Origin: Hydrurus foetidus
Taxonomy: Eukaryota
Direction of reading: 5' to 3'
DNA length: 64,000 bases
Assembly (NCBI GenBank): GCA_900617105.1
Contig: UYFQ01000001.1
Location: 1,922,001-1,986,000 of the forward strand
The position numbers and the translations under genes were made by a program. The number at the start of each line of letters is the position of its first letter. The first letter of the stretch is position 1. The notes under the pieces were generated by a model, which saw only the letters and a program-made list of their open reading frames with translations, was not told the origin of the DNA and did no database searches. This document shows positions 37,582 to 47,687 of this stretch, one piece after another.

Positions 37582-39152
37582 TTTGAAACTCCAGTTTTGT
37601 CAATAGCGGTGGCGGTAGATAGCCTGGCGGGCCAGATGCGAAAGGTGGCCCGAGTGAACCACTCATCCAGATACAGCCCGGCATAAAACCAGGGGTACAA
37701 ACGGCTGGCTACAGCGCCGTGCGGCCGCGCGCGTATCAGGCACTGCATGGCGAACAGCAGCGCAAAACACAGCATGACCCACACCAGGTCAAAGCGGTTG
37801 GCCATGTTTTTTGGAGCATCGATCAACCAGCCAAACGCATGGTGCAGGCCAAAGTAGGCGAGTGCAATGCCCAATGCACCCAGTACTAAGCCCAGTGGCC
37901 ATAAACCGCCCAGCCGCAAAGCCTGCGCTGTGAGCAGCGGCGATAAAGCCAGCGACAGCACGGCGGCCAGCACCCACAGTGCTGAAAATTTATCAAAAGC
38001 CACGCCCCACAGCAGCCCCGCGGCTGCCACGATCACCAGGCCACTGACCGCGCCAACGACCATCGCGCTGACCGTGAGCGGATTCGATGGCGCAGGTGTC
38101 ATGGCCATTAACCGCGCCTGCTCGACTGCACCGCCAGCTGCCAAAAAGGCATGCGCTTTGTACAGTGAATGGGCCACCAGGTGCAGCAGCGCCAGCTCGT
38201 AAGCCCCCAGGCCGCATTGCATCAACATGAAGCCCATTTGCGCGCAGGTTGACCAGGCCAGCATCACCTTCACGCTGATGCGCGTCATCATCACCAGCGC
38301 AGCGACTGCAGCGGTGACACTGCCAACAATGACCAGCAGCGTTTGCGCACCCGCTACATCGGCTACCAGCGGGCTCAGGCGAATCAGCAAAAAGCCGCCC
38401 AGATTCACAATGCCGGCGTGCAGCAGGGCAGACACCGGCGTTGGCGCTTCCATCACCTGTATCAGCCAGCCGTGTACCGGCAGTTGCGCGCATTTAAGCA
38501 GCGCGCTGATGACAATTAAAAATACTGCTGCCTGAATCGCCCGCGGATACGCCGTTAACGCCTGTGCCCTGGCAATGACCTGGTCAATCTGCAGGCTACC
38601 CAGTGTCATCGCTATCAATGCGATGCCCGCAAACAGGCACACATCGCCCAGCCTGCTGGCCAAAAACTTTTTGTGCGCCGCGATCATGGCCGCTGGCCTG
38701 TGACTGAAAAAGGTCAGCAACTGGTGCAGGCACAAAGAGGTGGCCAGCCAGGCCAGGCCTAGCACGGCCAGATGGTTGGTCACTATCACCACCACCACAG
38801 CAGCCAGCGTGGCCATCAGCCAGCGGGTATACCGGGCCTGGCCACTGACTCCACATGTCTGGCCAGCCATGTAGGTTTGGGAATAGCGCGTGATGACCCA
38901 GCCAATAAAAGTGACCAGCAGCAACACCGTGCAGCCCAGCGCATCAGCGCGTACTCCGTTGATGATGAGCGGCCCGCCTACTGACGGTAAAACCAGCAAA
39001 GCCAGCGAAGCAGCCGCCAAGCCCAAAGCCAGTGCACTGCAGGCTAGTGCGACACGCCAGCTGGCAGTCACAGCTGCCAACGCATACAACAGCGGTATGG
39101 CCAGCAACAGCGCGGCCCTGAGCGGCTGCAAGTCGTCAAATGAAAGTAACAA
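37578..39152 (-). CDS. dabB: Inorganic carbon pump membrane subunit DabB (NuoL/ND5-like)
   Basis: AHKKF..SRLGD, KCAQLPVHGWL..MEAPTPVSALLHAG, HSLYKAHAFL; 4-bp overlap with dabA; AAGGAG before TTG. Confidence 0.9.
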   Translation of the reverse strand: MLLSFDDLQPLRAALLLAIPLLYALAAVTASWRVALACSALALGLAAASLALLVLPSVGGPLIINGVRADALGCTVLLLVTFIGWVITRYSQTYMAGQTCGVSGQARYTRWLMATLAAVVVVIVTNHLAVLGLAWLATSLCLHQLLTFFSHRPAAMIAAHKKFLASRLGDVCLFAGIALIAMTLGSLQIDQVIARAQALTAYPRAIQAAVFLIVISALLKCAQLPVHGWLIQVMEAPTPVSALLHAGIVNLGGFLLIRLSPLVADVAGAQTLLVIVGSVTAAVAALVMMTRISVKVMLAWSTCAQMGFMLMQCGLGAYELALLHLVAHSLYKAHAFLAAGGAVEQARLMAMTPAPSNPLTVSAMVVGAVSGLVIVAAAGLLWGVAFDKFSALWVLAAVLSLALSPLLTAQALRLGGLWPLGLVLGALGIALAYFGLHHAFGWLIDAPKNMANRFDLVWVMLCFALLFAMQCLIRARPHGAVASRLYPWFYAGLYLDEWFTRATFRIWPARLSTATAIDKTGVSK

Positions 39153-39212
39153 AATTCGCTCCTTCGGTGTTCGATGCCCTGACTATGCCAATTCAATTTA
39201 ATTCTGTAAAAT

Positions 39213-39233
39213 ACATATTTAAGTTAAATATGT
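39213..39233. promoter_or_regulatory. Perfect palindrome ACATATTTAA-G-TTAAATATGT between dabB and LysR
   Basis: 10-1-10 inverted repeat in the AT-rich divergent intergenic region. Confidence 0.6.
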
Positions 39234-39272
39234 TCTATTAAATAGATCAACAAAACAGATCAATCCACCCCC

Positions 39273-40172
39273 ATGTCGCGTTTGAACTATCACCACCTGC
39301 ATTACTTCTGGGCAGTCGCCAAAGAAGGCAACCTGACCCGCGCCGCAGCGCAGTTGCACGTGTCGCAATCAGCGCTGTCCACGCAGATCAAGCAGCTTGA
39401 AGACCAGCTGGGTCAGGCACTGTTCACACGCATTGGTCGTGTGATGGAATTGACTGAGGCAGGGCGTATGGCATTGACCTATGCCGACACCATTTTTGAA
39501 ACCGGCAATGAACTGACCGCGTTGCTGCGTGACGGCAAGCGCCTGGCGCGCCAGGTGCTGCGCATTGGCGGCGTGGCCACGCTGTCGCGTAATTTTCAGG
39601 AGAACTTCGTCAAACCGTTGCTCAAGCGTGACGACGTTGAATTGGTGCTGCAGTCCGGCGGACTGGACGAGCTGCTCACCCGGCTGGCCGTCCACAACCT
39701 GGACGTGGTGCTCAGCAACCGCAAAGTCCATGCCGATAGCCAGCACCCCTGGCGCTGCCGGCGTATTGCACGGCAGCCGGTCAGCCTGGTGGGTAAACCG
39801 CGCACCAAAGCGAAGGCGTTCAGATTTCCAGATGAACTGGCCGAGCAACCTTTGCTGTTACCTGGCCGCGACAGCGACATTCGTGCTGGGTTTGACGTGC
39901 TGTGCGAGCAACTCGGCCTGCGTTACCAGGTGCTGGCCGAAGTGGATGACATGGCCATGCTGCGGCTGCTGGCGCGGGACTCTGGCAATGTCGCGCTGCT
40001 GCCCTCCGTGGTGGTGCAAGACGAATTAAAAAGCGGCAAGCTGCAGGAGTATTGCGTGGTGCCGCAGCTGCATGAAAACTTCTATGCGATCACGGTGCAG
40101 CGGCATTTTGAGCCGCCGCTGCTGAAGACGTTGCTTAGAAGGTCTGAGGCTGAGGTTTTGGGCTCGCTTTGA
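39273..40172 (+). CDS. LysR-family regulator (NhaR-like), divergent from dabBA
   Basis: LNYHHLHYFW..EGNLTRAA..SQSALSTQIKQLE; AEVDDMAML. Confidence 0.92.
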   Translation: MSRLNYHHLHYFWAVAKEGNLTRAAAQLHVSQSALSTQIKQLEDQLGQALFTRIGRVMELTEAGRMALTYADTIFETGNELTALLRDGKRLARQVLRIGGVATLSRNFQENFVKPLLKRDDVELVLQSGGLDELLTRLAVHNLDVVLSNRKVHADSQHPWRCRRIARQPVSLVGKPRTKAKAFRFPDELAEQPLLLPGRDSDIRAGFDVLCEQLGLRYQVLAEVDDMAMLRLLARDSGNVALLPSVVVQDELKSGKLQEYCVVPQLHENFYAITVQRHFEPPLLKTLLRRSEAEVLGSL

Positions 40173-40178
40173 ATCTTT

Positions 40179-40269
40179 CCCCCACCCTAACCCTCTCCTC
40201 GTAAAGGGAGAGGGGACAAAGCAACTGACTGTGTTGCTCCCTCTCCCTTTGTGGGGAGAGGGAGCCGGG
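40179..40269. repeat. REP-like inverted pair, same family as 28422
   Basis: CCCCCACCCTAACCCTCTCC..GGAGAGGGG then CTCCCTCTCCC..GGGAGAGGGAG. Confidence 0.8.
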
Positions 40270-40281
40270 CGCCGAATTTGG

Positions 40282-40839
40282 TCACGCCAATCCGAGCTCT
40301 TTCCACCCGCGCAACCCCAACTTCTCAAGCGTAGCAATATTCACATCAAAAATCGCATCAGCCTGCGGAAAAGCCTCTACTGCCCGCTCCACACTTTCTT
40401 CCCGCAGCAAATGCAAAATAGCAAACGGTGCGCGGTTGGTGTAGTTGCTGATGTCATCCGGCTCAGTGCCATCAAACTGAAACTGCGGGTGAAAACTGGC
40501 GAGCTGAACGACGCCCTCCAGCCCATGCTCATCAACCACGCCTTCAGCGATCTCCAGAAAATCATTGAAGTCTAAAAAGTCTTCAAACAGCGTAGGGTGA
40601 ATCAGCAGCGTAGTGTCTATCTCGCTCACAGGTGTTGCCACCAGCAAGTCCAGTTCACGGTCTAGCTCTTCCAGCAAATCATCCGCATGGCGCGCCTTGC
40701 TCACGACCAGACGCACCTGATTTTTAACGTAAACGGCTTTGGCGAACGGGCACAGATTCAGGCCGATGACAGCTGCCTCTAGCCAGTGCCTTGTTTTTGC
40801 TAAAACTTCGTCGTCAGTTATCCCCGCATTCCTTACCAT
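40282..40839 (-). CDS. DUF1415 protein
   Basis: AVIGLNLCPFA, QLASFHP, YTNRAP..LHLLRE. Confidence 0.9.
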   Translation of the reverse strand: MVRNAGITDDEVLAKTRHWLEAAVIGLNLCPFAKAVYVKNQVRLVVSKARHADDLLEELDRELDLLVATPVSEIDTTLLIHPTLFEDFLDFNDFLEIAEGVVDEHGLEGVVQLASFHPQFQFDGTEPDDISNYTNRAPFAILHLLREESVERAVEAFPQADAIFDVNIATLEKLGLRGWKELGLA

Positions 40840-40846
40840 TTAAACA

Positions 40847-40933
40847 GGGGCCACGGATCTGGCTCTGCCAGTCCATAGGCGCAGCGGCCCCCTCGGGGGG
40901 CAGCGACCACACGCAGTGGGCAAGCGTGGGGGC
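40847..40933. repeat. GC-rich stem-loop, probable REP-like element (single copy here)
   Basis: GCCCCC-TCGGGGGGCAGCG..GCGT-GGGGGC fold-back between ettA and DUF1415. Confidence 0.4.
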
Positions 40934-40934
40934 G

Positions 40935-42596
40935 TCATTTCAACGCCTTGTACCGCATACGTTTCGGCTTTGCACCTTCTTCACCCAAACGCTTTTTCTT
41001 GTCCGCTTCGTATTCCTGATAGTTACCATCAAAGAACGTCCACTGGCTGTCACCCTCAGCGGCCAGAATATGCGTGGCAATGCGGTCCAAAAACCAGCGG
41101 TCGTGGCTGATGACCATGACCGAACCGGCAAATTCCAGCAGCGCGTCTTCCAGCGCGCGCAGGGTCTCAACGTCCAGGTCATTCGACGGCTCGTCAAGCA
41201 TCAGCACGTTGCCACCAGCAATCAGCGTTTTGGCCAGGTGCAAGCGCCCGCGTTCGCCCCCCGACAGCGTGCCGACCCGCTTTTGCTGGTCGCCGCCGTT
41301 GAAGTTGAAGCGGCCTGCATACGCGCGGCTGGGCATTTGAAATTTGCCCACGTTCAAAATATCAAGGCCACCAGAAATGTCTTCCCACACGGTTTTTTCG
41401 TTCGCCAGGTCGTCACGGTTCTGGTCCACAAATGCCATGCGCACGGTGGAGCCTTTGACAACTTCGCCGCTGTCTGGCTGCTCTTTGCCTGCTATCAATT
41501 TGAACAGCGTTGATTTGCCCGCACCGTTCGGGCCGATGATGCCGACAATCGCGCCAGCTGGCACAGTAAAGCTCAGGTTGTCAATCAGTACCCGGTCGCC
41601 GAATGACTTGGTGACGTTTTTAAATTCAATGACTTGCGCGCCCAAGCGTTCGGCCACGGGAATGAAAATCTCATTCGTCTCGACGCGTTTTTGGTATTCA
41701 AAATCGCTGAGTTCTTCAAACCGTGCCAAACGTGATTTGCTTTTTGCCTGGCGTGCTTTCGGGTTTTGGCGTGACCATTCCAGCTCTTTCTTCAATGCCT
41801 TGGCGCGCGCTTCTTCACCTTTTTGTTCGGTGGCCAGGCGCTCGCCTTTTTGCTCCAGCCAGGTGCTGTAGTTGCCCTTCCACGGAATGCCGTGGCCACG
41901 GTCGAGTTCCAGAATCCATTCGGCGGCGTTGTCCAAAAAATAGCGGTCGTGGGTAATGGCGACGACTGTGCCCGAATAGCGCTGTAAAAATTGCTCCAGC
42001 CAATCGACCGACTCCGCATCCAGGTGGTTGGTTGGCTCATCTAACAGCAGCATGTCGGGTTTGCTCAGCAGCAGGCGGCACAGCGCGACGCGGCGCTTTT
42101 CACCGCCCGACAGCACGCCGATTTTGGCGTCCCATGGCGGCAAGCGCAACGCGTCAGCGGCGATTTCTAGTTGGTGCTCAGAATCAGTACCTGACGTAGC
42201 AATGATGGCTTCCAGCCGTGCTTGCTCAGCGGCCAGCGCGTCAAAGTCTGCATCAGGTTCGCCGTAGGCGGTGTATACGGCTTCAAGCAAACCCTTGGCG
42301 GCAAACACCGCACCCATGCCGTCTTCAACGCTTTCGCGCACAGTGTGCTCATCGTTCAGCTTTGGTTCTTGCGGCAAGTAGCCGACGTTCAAACCCGGCA
42401 TGGGCGTTGCTTCGCCTTCAATTTCCTTGTCAAGCCCGGCCATGATTTTGAGCAATGTCGACTTGCCGGAGCCATTAACGCCCAGCATGCCAATTTTGGC
42501 GCCGGGGAAAAAACTCAGCGACACGTCTTTAAGGATGTGCCGCTTGGGCGGCACTATCTTGCCGACCTTGTTCATGGTGAAAACGTATTGGGCCAT
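40935..42596 (-). CDS. ettA: Energy-dependent translational throttle ABC-F protein
   Basis: MAQYVFTMNKVGKIVPPKRHILKDVSLSFFPGAKIG; two ABC domains; 553 aa. Confidence 0.96.
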   Translation of the reverse strand: MAQYVFTMNKVGKIVPPKRHILKDVSLSFFPGAKIGMLGVNGSGKSTLLKIMAGLDKEIEGEATPMPGLNVGYLPQEPKLNDEHTVRESVEDGMGAVFAAKGLLEAVYTAYGEPDADFDALAAEQARLEAIIATSGTDSEHQLEIAADALRLPPWDAKIGVLSGGEKRRVALCRLLLSKPDMLLLDEPTNHLDAESVDWLEQFLQRYSGTVVAITHDRYFLDNAAEWILELDRGHGIPWKGNYSTWLEQKGERLATEQKGEEARAKALKKELEWSRQNPKARQAKSKSRLARFEELSDFEYQKRVETNEIFIPVAERLGAQVIEFKNVTKSFGDRVLIDNLSFTVPAGAIVGIIGPNGAGKSTLFKLIAGKEQPDSGEVVKGSTVRMAFVDQNRDDLANEKTVWEDISGGLDILNVGKFQMPSRAYAGRFNFNGGDQQKRVGTLSGGERGRLHLAKTLIAGGNVLMLDEPSNDLDVETLRALEDALLEFAGSVMVISHDRWFLDRIATHILAAEGDSQWTFFDGNYQEYEADKKKRLGEEGAKPKRMRYKALK

Positions 42597-42640
42597 TGCG
42601 AAAACTTTAGTTGGTAAATGATCAGTAAAAATTATTGTCT

Positions 42641-42747
42641 TACTCCCTCCCCTCCCGGGGGAGGGCAGGGGTGGGGGCAAGCGCAGAAATAGACATAGCC
42701 AATGTGCGTGCCCCCATCCCAACCTTCCCCCGGCAGGGGAAGGAGTA
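42641..42747. repeat. REP-like inverted pair, same family as 28422
   Basis: Shares GCGTGCCCCCATCCCAACCTTCCCCC with 28555-28580. Confidence 0.85.
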
Positions 42748-42972
42748 AAAACCTCGAATCCGTCATTATCGTTCCGTGAGACAATGTCCCCGTCGTCGGC
42801 TCCAGTTACCGGCGTCGTTTGGGCACTTTTCAGGCTCGCTTCCCAAGCTTCCTGAATCATTTTTAGCCCGTTTTTTGACCCCATCTGCCTATCACTGGCG
42901 GGTTGCTCTTAACCAATAGCACCCAACAGGCCGATCAAAAAAAGCGAAGAGCGTCCATGTGGCGCAATAAAC

Positions 42973-44856
42973 ATGACCTTTGAAGATTTGAATTTGGCCC
43001 CGGCCATCCTGAAAGCCGTGCTTGAGCAGGGCTACGACACCCCCACCCCCATCCAGGCACAAGCCATTCCTGCCGTGTTGGCTGGTGGTGACTTGTTGGG
43101 CGGCGCGCAAACCGGCACGGGCAAAACAGCAGCCTTTGTGCTGCCCATGCTGCAGCGCCTGACAAACGAGCCGCGCCTGACCAACCGCCGCGGCGTGAAT
43201 GCCGTGCGTTGCCTGATCATGACACCCACGCGCGAGCTGGCGGCGCAGGTAGAGGAAAGCGTTCGCCAATATGGCAAATACCTGGACCTGACATCGATGG
43301 TGATGTTTGGCGGTGTTGGCATGGGTGCGCAAATTGAAAAGCTGCGCCGCGGCGTTGACATTCTGGTCGCCACGCCAGGCCGCCTGCTGGACCACGCGGG
43401 CCAGGGTACGCTGGACTTGGGCCAAGTCCAAGTACTAGTACTCGATGAAGCCGACCGCATGCTGGACATGGGCTTTATTCACGACATTAAAAAAGTACTG
43501 GCCTTGGTGCCAAAACAAAAGCAAACCCTGCTGTTCAGCGCCACCTTCAGCGACGAGATTCGTGATTTGGCCAACGGCCTGCTGCGCGACCCGCTGCACA
43601 TTCAAGTTACGCCGCGCAACACCACGGTGCAGCGCATCACGCAAACCATTCACCCGGTAGGCCGTGGCAAAAAGAAGGCACTGCTGACCCACATCATCAA
43701 CGAGCACAACTGGAGCCAGGTGCTTGTGTTCACACGTACCAAGTTTGGCGCGAATAATGTGGCCGAGCACTTGACCAAAAACGGCATTGAAGCCTTGGCG
43801 CTGCACGGCAACAAGAGCCAAACCGCTCGTACTCAGGCGCTGCAAGGCTTTAAAGACGGCACGATTCGGGCGCTGGTTGCTACAGATATTGCAGCACGCG
43901 GTATTGACATTGACGAGCTGCCGCACGTGGTGAACTACGAGATCCCGAACGTCAGTGAAGACTATGTGCACCGAATTGGCCGCACCGGCCGCGCTGGCAA
44001 CAGTGGTGAAGCCGTTAGCTTGGTGTGCCTTGATGAAGAAGGCTTCATGCAAGAAATTGAACGCTTTACCAAGCAAAACATTGATGTGGTGAAAGTGCCA
44101 GGCTTTGAAGCCGACCCAGACGAGCGCGCCGAGCCACTGGCCATGGGCCGCCAAACCATATGGGGCGGCTTGGGCAAGCCGCCCAGCCGCGACGTGATGC
44201 AGGCTGCGGCCAAAGTAGCACGCAGCGAAATGATGACCCGCATCCGTGACACCCGAGCGGGCCAGCCTGCCCGTGGCCATTCAGGTGGCGGCGGTGGTGG
44301 ACGCGGCGGCAATAACGGCGGTGGCCGTGGGCGCGGCCCGCAAGATGGTATGAATGCTGGCGGCAACTTTAGCGGCGGCGAAAACGGTGGTGGACGCGAA
44401 GGCGGAAGAGGTTTTGGCCGAGGCCCCCGCACTCCCAACCCTGGCCAGCCACGCCAACAATCAGGTTTCGATCAAGGCAACGGGAACCAACACCGCGCTC
44501 AGTCGCCGCGGCCACCGCGCGACGAGCAACCACGCGTTCCGCGTGAAGAACAACAACGCCAAGACCCACGCGGCCCCCGCGTTGACATGGGCGAGCAGCG
44601 CAACGATTTTGACGAACGCCAACCGACCAGCCATGTGTCTGCTGGCTTCCCGTCCTCTGGCCAACCGTCACGCGGCGGTGCCGGTGGCGGCGGCGGTGGC
44701 CGAGGTGGTAACCGCAATGGGGGTGGCGGCGGTGGTGTTGGCGGCCGAGGCGGCAATCGCAGCGGTGGCGGTGGAAACTGGGGCGGAGGCGGACCACGCA
44801 CGGGTGGTGGCGGTGGCGGTGGCCGCGGCAACTCGGGTGGCGGGTTTCAGCGCTAA
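42973..44856 (+). CDS. rhlE: DEAD-box RNA helicase with long Gly/Arg-rich tail
   Basis: [31 protein letters not shown]. Confidence 0.92.
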   Translation: MTFEDLNLAPAILKAVLEQGYDTPTPIQAQAIPAVLAGGDLLGGAQTGTGKTAAFVLPMLQRLTNEPRLTNRRGVNAVRCLIMTPTRELAAQVEESVRQYGKYLDLTSMVMFGGVGMGAQIEKLRRGVDILVATPGRLLDHAGQGTLDLGQVQVLVLDEADRMLDMGFIHDIKKVLALVPKQKQTLLFSATFSDEIRDLANGLLRDPLHIQVTPRNTTVQRITQTIHPVGRGKKKALLTHIINEHNWSQVLVFTRTKFGANNVAEHLTKNGIEALALHGNKSQTARTQALQGFKDGTIRALVATDIAARGIDIDELPHVVNYEIPNVSEDYVHRIGRTGRAGNSGEAVSLVCLDEEGFMQEIERFTKQNIDVVKVPGFEADPDERAEPLAMGRQTIWGGLGKPPSRDVMQAAAKVARSEMMTRIRDTRAGQPARGHSGGGGGGRGGNNGGGRGRGPQDGMNAGGNFSGGENGGGREGGRGFGRGPRTPNPGQPRQQSGFDQGNGNQHRAQSPRPPRDEQPRVPREEQQRQDPRGPRVDMGEQRNDFDERQPTSHVSAGFPSSGQPSRGGAGGGGGGRGGNRNGGGGGGVGGRGGNRSGGGGNWGGGGPRTGGGGGGGRGNSGGGFQR

Positions 44857-44893
44857 TTGTGTCTGCGAGCAGGCTGCTAGTTAGCAGTCAATC

Positions 44894-44918
44894 AAAAGCA
44901 GCCTTGGGCTGCTTTTTT
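44894..44918 (+). terminator. Intrinsic terminator after rhlE
   Basis: AAAAGCAGCC-TTG-GGCTGCTTTTTT. Confidence 0.88.
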
Positions 44919-44932
44919 GTGCTTTTTCGAAG

Positions 44933-44988
44933 CGAAATAAGCTTTTTAATCAATGAATACGGTTGCAAGCAGCTACTAAATAAATAGC
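44933..44988 (-). repeat. 56-bp element copy 12 (intergenic)
   Basis: Reverse complement gctatttatttagtagctgcttgcaaccgtattcattgattaaaaagcttattt. Confidence 0.8.
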
Positions 44989-45126
44989 AATTTATACTGC
45001 CTAATGTGAGCGCCTACAAGCAAAACAGGCTTTAGCTCACACTCGCAGCATGTCAAGCAGCGGCGTGTTTTACCTTTTTCCCAATTACAGTTAATGATAA
45101 AACTTTCGCAACGCAAGGCGGGCCAC

Positions 45127-45819
45127 ATGACTCCAACAACTGACCATTCGCAAGTCGCGGCGCAAGCTTCGTCGGCTTCACGCACTGCACTCATCGCTGG
45201 CGCAACAGGACTGATCGGCCAAGCAGTTCTACAGCTTTTAATGGCTGACGAACGCTACAGCGCCGTTCATGTCGTTGGGCGCCGCGCACCAAATGTGCAG
45301 CACCCCAAACTGGTCGTGTACCTCAGCGCATCTCTAACCAACTGGGTAAGCCCTGAGGTTGATGACGTGTTCATCGCACTCGGCACCACCATCAAAGTTG
45401 CTGGCAGCAAAGCAGCATTCAAAGCCATTGACGGGGACGCGGTGGTTGCCTTGGCACGCGCAGCTAAAGCCGCTGGCGCTAGCCGTCTGGCGGTGGTCAG
45501 CGCGATGGGGGCGAGTTCGCAATCAGGCGTTTTTTACAACCAGGTCAAAGGCGAAATGGAAGACGCGGTGAGCGCGCTCGGTTTTGACACGCTGGTTATC
45601 GCGCGACCTTCCCTGCTGGCAGGCGACCGTGATGCGCTTAAGCAACCCGAGCGGTTGACTGAAAAGCTATCGTTGGTTGCATTCAAACTATTCAAACCGC
45701 TGATTCCTGCTAACTACCGCTCTATCGAAGCCAGCAGCGTCGCGCAGGCGATGATCAAGACGCTGCAAACTGCGGGTGCAGGCAAGCACGTTTTGCTTTC
45801 GGGCCATATGCAAGCCTGA
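45127..45819 (+). CDS. NAD(P)H-binding protein (YraR/TIP30-like)
   Basis: AGATGLIG, ALGTTIK.AGS, FYNQVKGEME, RPSLLAGDR. Confidence 0.87.
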   Translation: MTPTTDHSQVAAQASSASRTALIAGATGLIGQAVLQLLMADERYSAVHVVGRRAPNVQHPKLVVYLSASLTNWVSPEVDDVFIALGTTIKVAGSKAAFKAIDGDAVVALARAAKAAGASRLAVVSAMGASSQSGVFYNQVKGEMEDAVSALGFDTLVIARPSLLAGDRDALKQPERLTEKLSLVAFKLFKPLIPANYRSIEASSVAQAMIKTLQTAGAGKHVLLSGHMQA

Positions 45820-45864
45820 CCGTTCAAATGCCGAAGAATACCCATTTTTAGGTGTTTTTGAGGA

Positions 45865-45920
45865 TATGTTACCCTCCTAGCCCAATAAATACGGGCATAA
45901 GCAGCTATTGAATAAATAGC
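45865..45920 (-). repeat. 56-bp element copy 13 (intergenic)
   Basis: Reverse complement gctatttattcaatagctgcttatgcccgtatttattgggctaggaggg. Confidence 0.85.
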
Positions 45921-45941
45921 AAAAAAACGGCATCAAAAAAC

Positions 45942-46979
45942 TCACGTGCTGCCGCGCACCACCAGGATGTAGCCGAGGTCGATGCAAGGCGACTCAACCG
46001 GCTCGCCCTTCATGAGCTTGATCAGCATGCCTGCAGCCGCTGTACCAATTTCTGCGCGCGGAGTGTGAATGGTGGTCAAAGGCGGCAGCATATGGTCGCT
46101 GCCCGTCAAGTCATTGAACCCGGCAATGGCCACTTTTTCGGGCACCTTGATTTTCATTCGCAGCGCAGCCAGCAGTGCGCCCTGAGCCAGGTCGTCATTG
46201 CCAAAAAAGATGCCGTCAACTGGCGGCTGCTGGCTCATGATTTGCTCAAACATGTGCCTCCCCAGCGCCACTGATGACGGTGCGGGGTTTAACCATTCAA
46301 GCTTGGCATCATGCAGGCCTGCAGCTTGCATGGCTTGGCGGTAACCAGCCAGTCGCTGCATGGTTCTTGAATCTAATTGCGCGCCGGCAAACGCTATGCG
46401 GCGGCGGCCTTTTTGCAGCAGGTGGCGTGTCATGTCAGCACCCGCATCGTGCTGCGAAAAACCCACAGCGTACATACCTTCTATGCCGCTGGCTACCATC
46501 AAGTGCACGCAGGGTATGCCGCTTTGGGCAATCATGCGGCGCGTGGCGTCGCTGCGTTCCAGGCCAGTGACCATCATCCCGGCCGGGCGGTGCAGCAGTT
46601 GCTCACGCAGCAAATGCTCTTCTTCGCTGGCGTCGTAATGCGTTACTGCCATCAGTGTTTGGTAACCCGCCGCGCGCAGCGTGCTTTGCGCGGCCTCGAG
46701 CAGGTCAACAAACAACGCGTTCGACAACATGGGGATCAGCACTGCCACATGCGAGCTGCGCTTTGACGCCAGCGCGCGCGCGGCGGGGTCTGGCACATAA
46801 CCCAGCTTGCTGACCGCCGCTTGCACGCGGGCTACTAAAGCGGCGTCTACCGCACGTTCGCCACGCAAGGCACGTGACACTGTGATCGGGCTGACGTCTG
46901 CTGCGCGCGCCACGTCGGCCAGCGTGGCCCGGCCTGTAGCTCTTGACTTGCTGGCGAGAGGAATATTAGGGACGTTCAT
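45942..46979 (-). CDS. gntR: LacI-family gluconate regulator
   Basis: TLADVA..VSPITVSRAL; NDDLAQG; IAGFND; divergent from gntK. Confidence 0.88.
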   Translation of the reverse strand: MNVPNIPLASKSRATGRATLADVARAADVSPITVSRALRGERAVDAALVARVQAAVSKLGYVPDPAARALASKRSSHVAVLIPMLSNALFVDLLEAAQSTLRAAGYQTLMAVTHYDASEEEHLLREQLLHRPAGMMVTGLERSDATRRMIAQSGIPCVHLMVASGIEGMYAVGFSQHDAGADMTRHLLQKGRRRIAFAGAQLDSRTMQRLAGYRQAMQAAGLHDAKLEWLNPAPSSVALGRHMFEQIMSQQPPVDGIFFGNDDLAQGALLAALRMKIKVPEKVAIAGFNDLTGSDHMLPPLTTIHTPRAEIGTAAAGMLIKLMKGEPVESPCIDLGYILVVRGST

Positions 46980-47027
46980 GGCGTAACAAGGGTAAATACT
47001 GATTCGCAGTGCATTCTCAGGAAGTTA

Positions 47028-47041
47028 GGATAGCGCTATCC
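47028..47041. promoter_or_regulatory. LacI-type operator 1 GGATAGCGCTATCC
   Basis: Perfect 14-bp palindrome with central CG. Confidence 0.8.
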
Positions 47042-47133
47042 AACATTTAATGTTTTTTAACTTTTTCTGGCCTTTAAATTGTAAATCTCTTCGTAAATTA
47101 TGAGAAGCGATTTCTAACCGGGTGAGACTTTTC

Positions 47134-47149
47134 GGGATAGCACTATCCC
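47134..47149. promoter_or_regulatory. LacI-type operator 2 GGGATAGCACTATCCC
   Basis: One mismatch to operator 1, just upstream of gntK. Confidence 0.78.
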
Positions 47150-47162
47150 AGTGATTAAGAAT

Positions 47163-47687
47163 ATGCATCAAAAACAAGAATCAATCGTGATTATGGGAGT
47201 AGCCGGCTGCGGCAAGTCGAGCTTGGGGGTGGCCGTGGCCCGGCAACTTGGGCTGCCGCTGATTGAGGGCGACGACCACCACAGTGCGGACTCGTTAAGC
47301 AAAATGTGCAGCGGCATTGCACTGACCGATGCCGATCGCGATGGCTGGCTAACAGCCCTTGGCGACCAGCTTGCCAGCCAGACAACCGCTGTAGTACTGA
47401 CCTGCTCTGCGCTAAAACGCGCTTACCGCAAGCGCCTTCGGCAAGCCGACCCCGGCCTGCGCTTTGTGTACCTCGACATCAACCGCAGCCAGGCGCTGGC
47501 CCGGGTGACGGCGCGCGCGGCCGAGCACTTTTTTTCAACCAGCCTGGTCGACAGCCAATTTGCCACGCTGGAAGTGCCCACAGGCGAGCCCGGCGTGCTT
47601 CGCGTTGATGCAATGGCGCCGCTGGCTGACCTTCAAGCACAAGTCTGCAGCTGGCTGAGCATGCCCTCCACAAAGGAGACTGTATGA
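47163..47687 (+). CDS. gntK: Gluconokinase
   Basis: MGVAGCGKS, EGDDHH, LTDADR..WL, CSALKRAYR, SQFATLE. Confidence 0.92.
   Translation: MHQKQESIVIMGVAGCGKSSLGVAVARQLGLPLIEGDDHHSADSLSKMCSGIALTDADRDGWLTALGDQLASQTTAVVLTCSALKRAYRKRLRQADPGLRFVYLDINRSQALARVTARAAEHFFSTSLVDSQFATLEVPTGEPGVLRVDAMAPLADLQAQVCSWLSMPSTKETV

Noticed and set aside
42597..42884. 95-aa N-terminal extension of EttA in the ORF track
   Set aside because: Read-through of REP-like repeats; family start is MAQYVF at 42596
44270..44856. GGC-rich repeats at the end of rhlE
   Set aside because: Ordinary Gly/Arg-rich disordered tail of DEAD-box helicases
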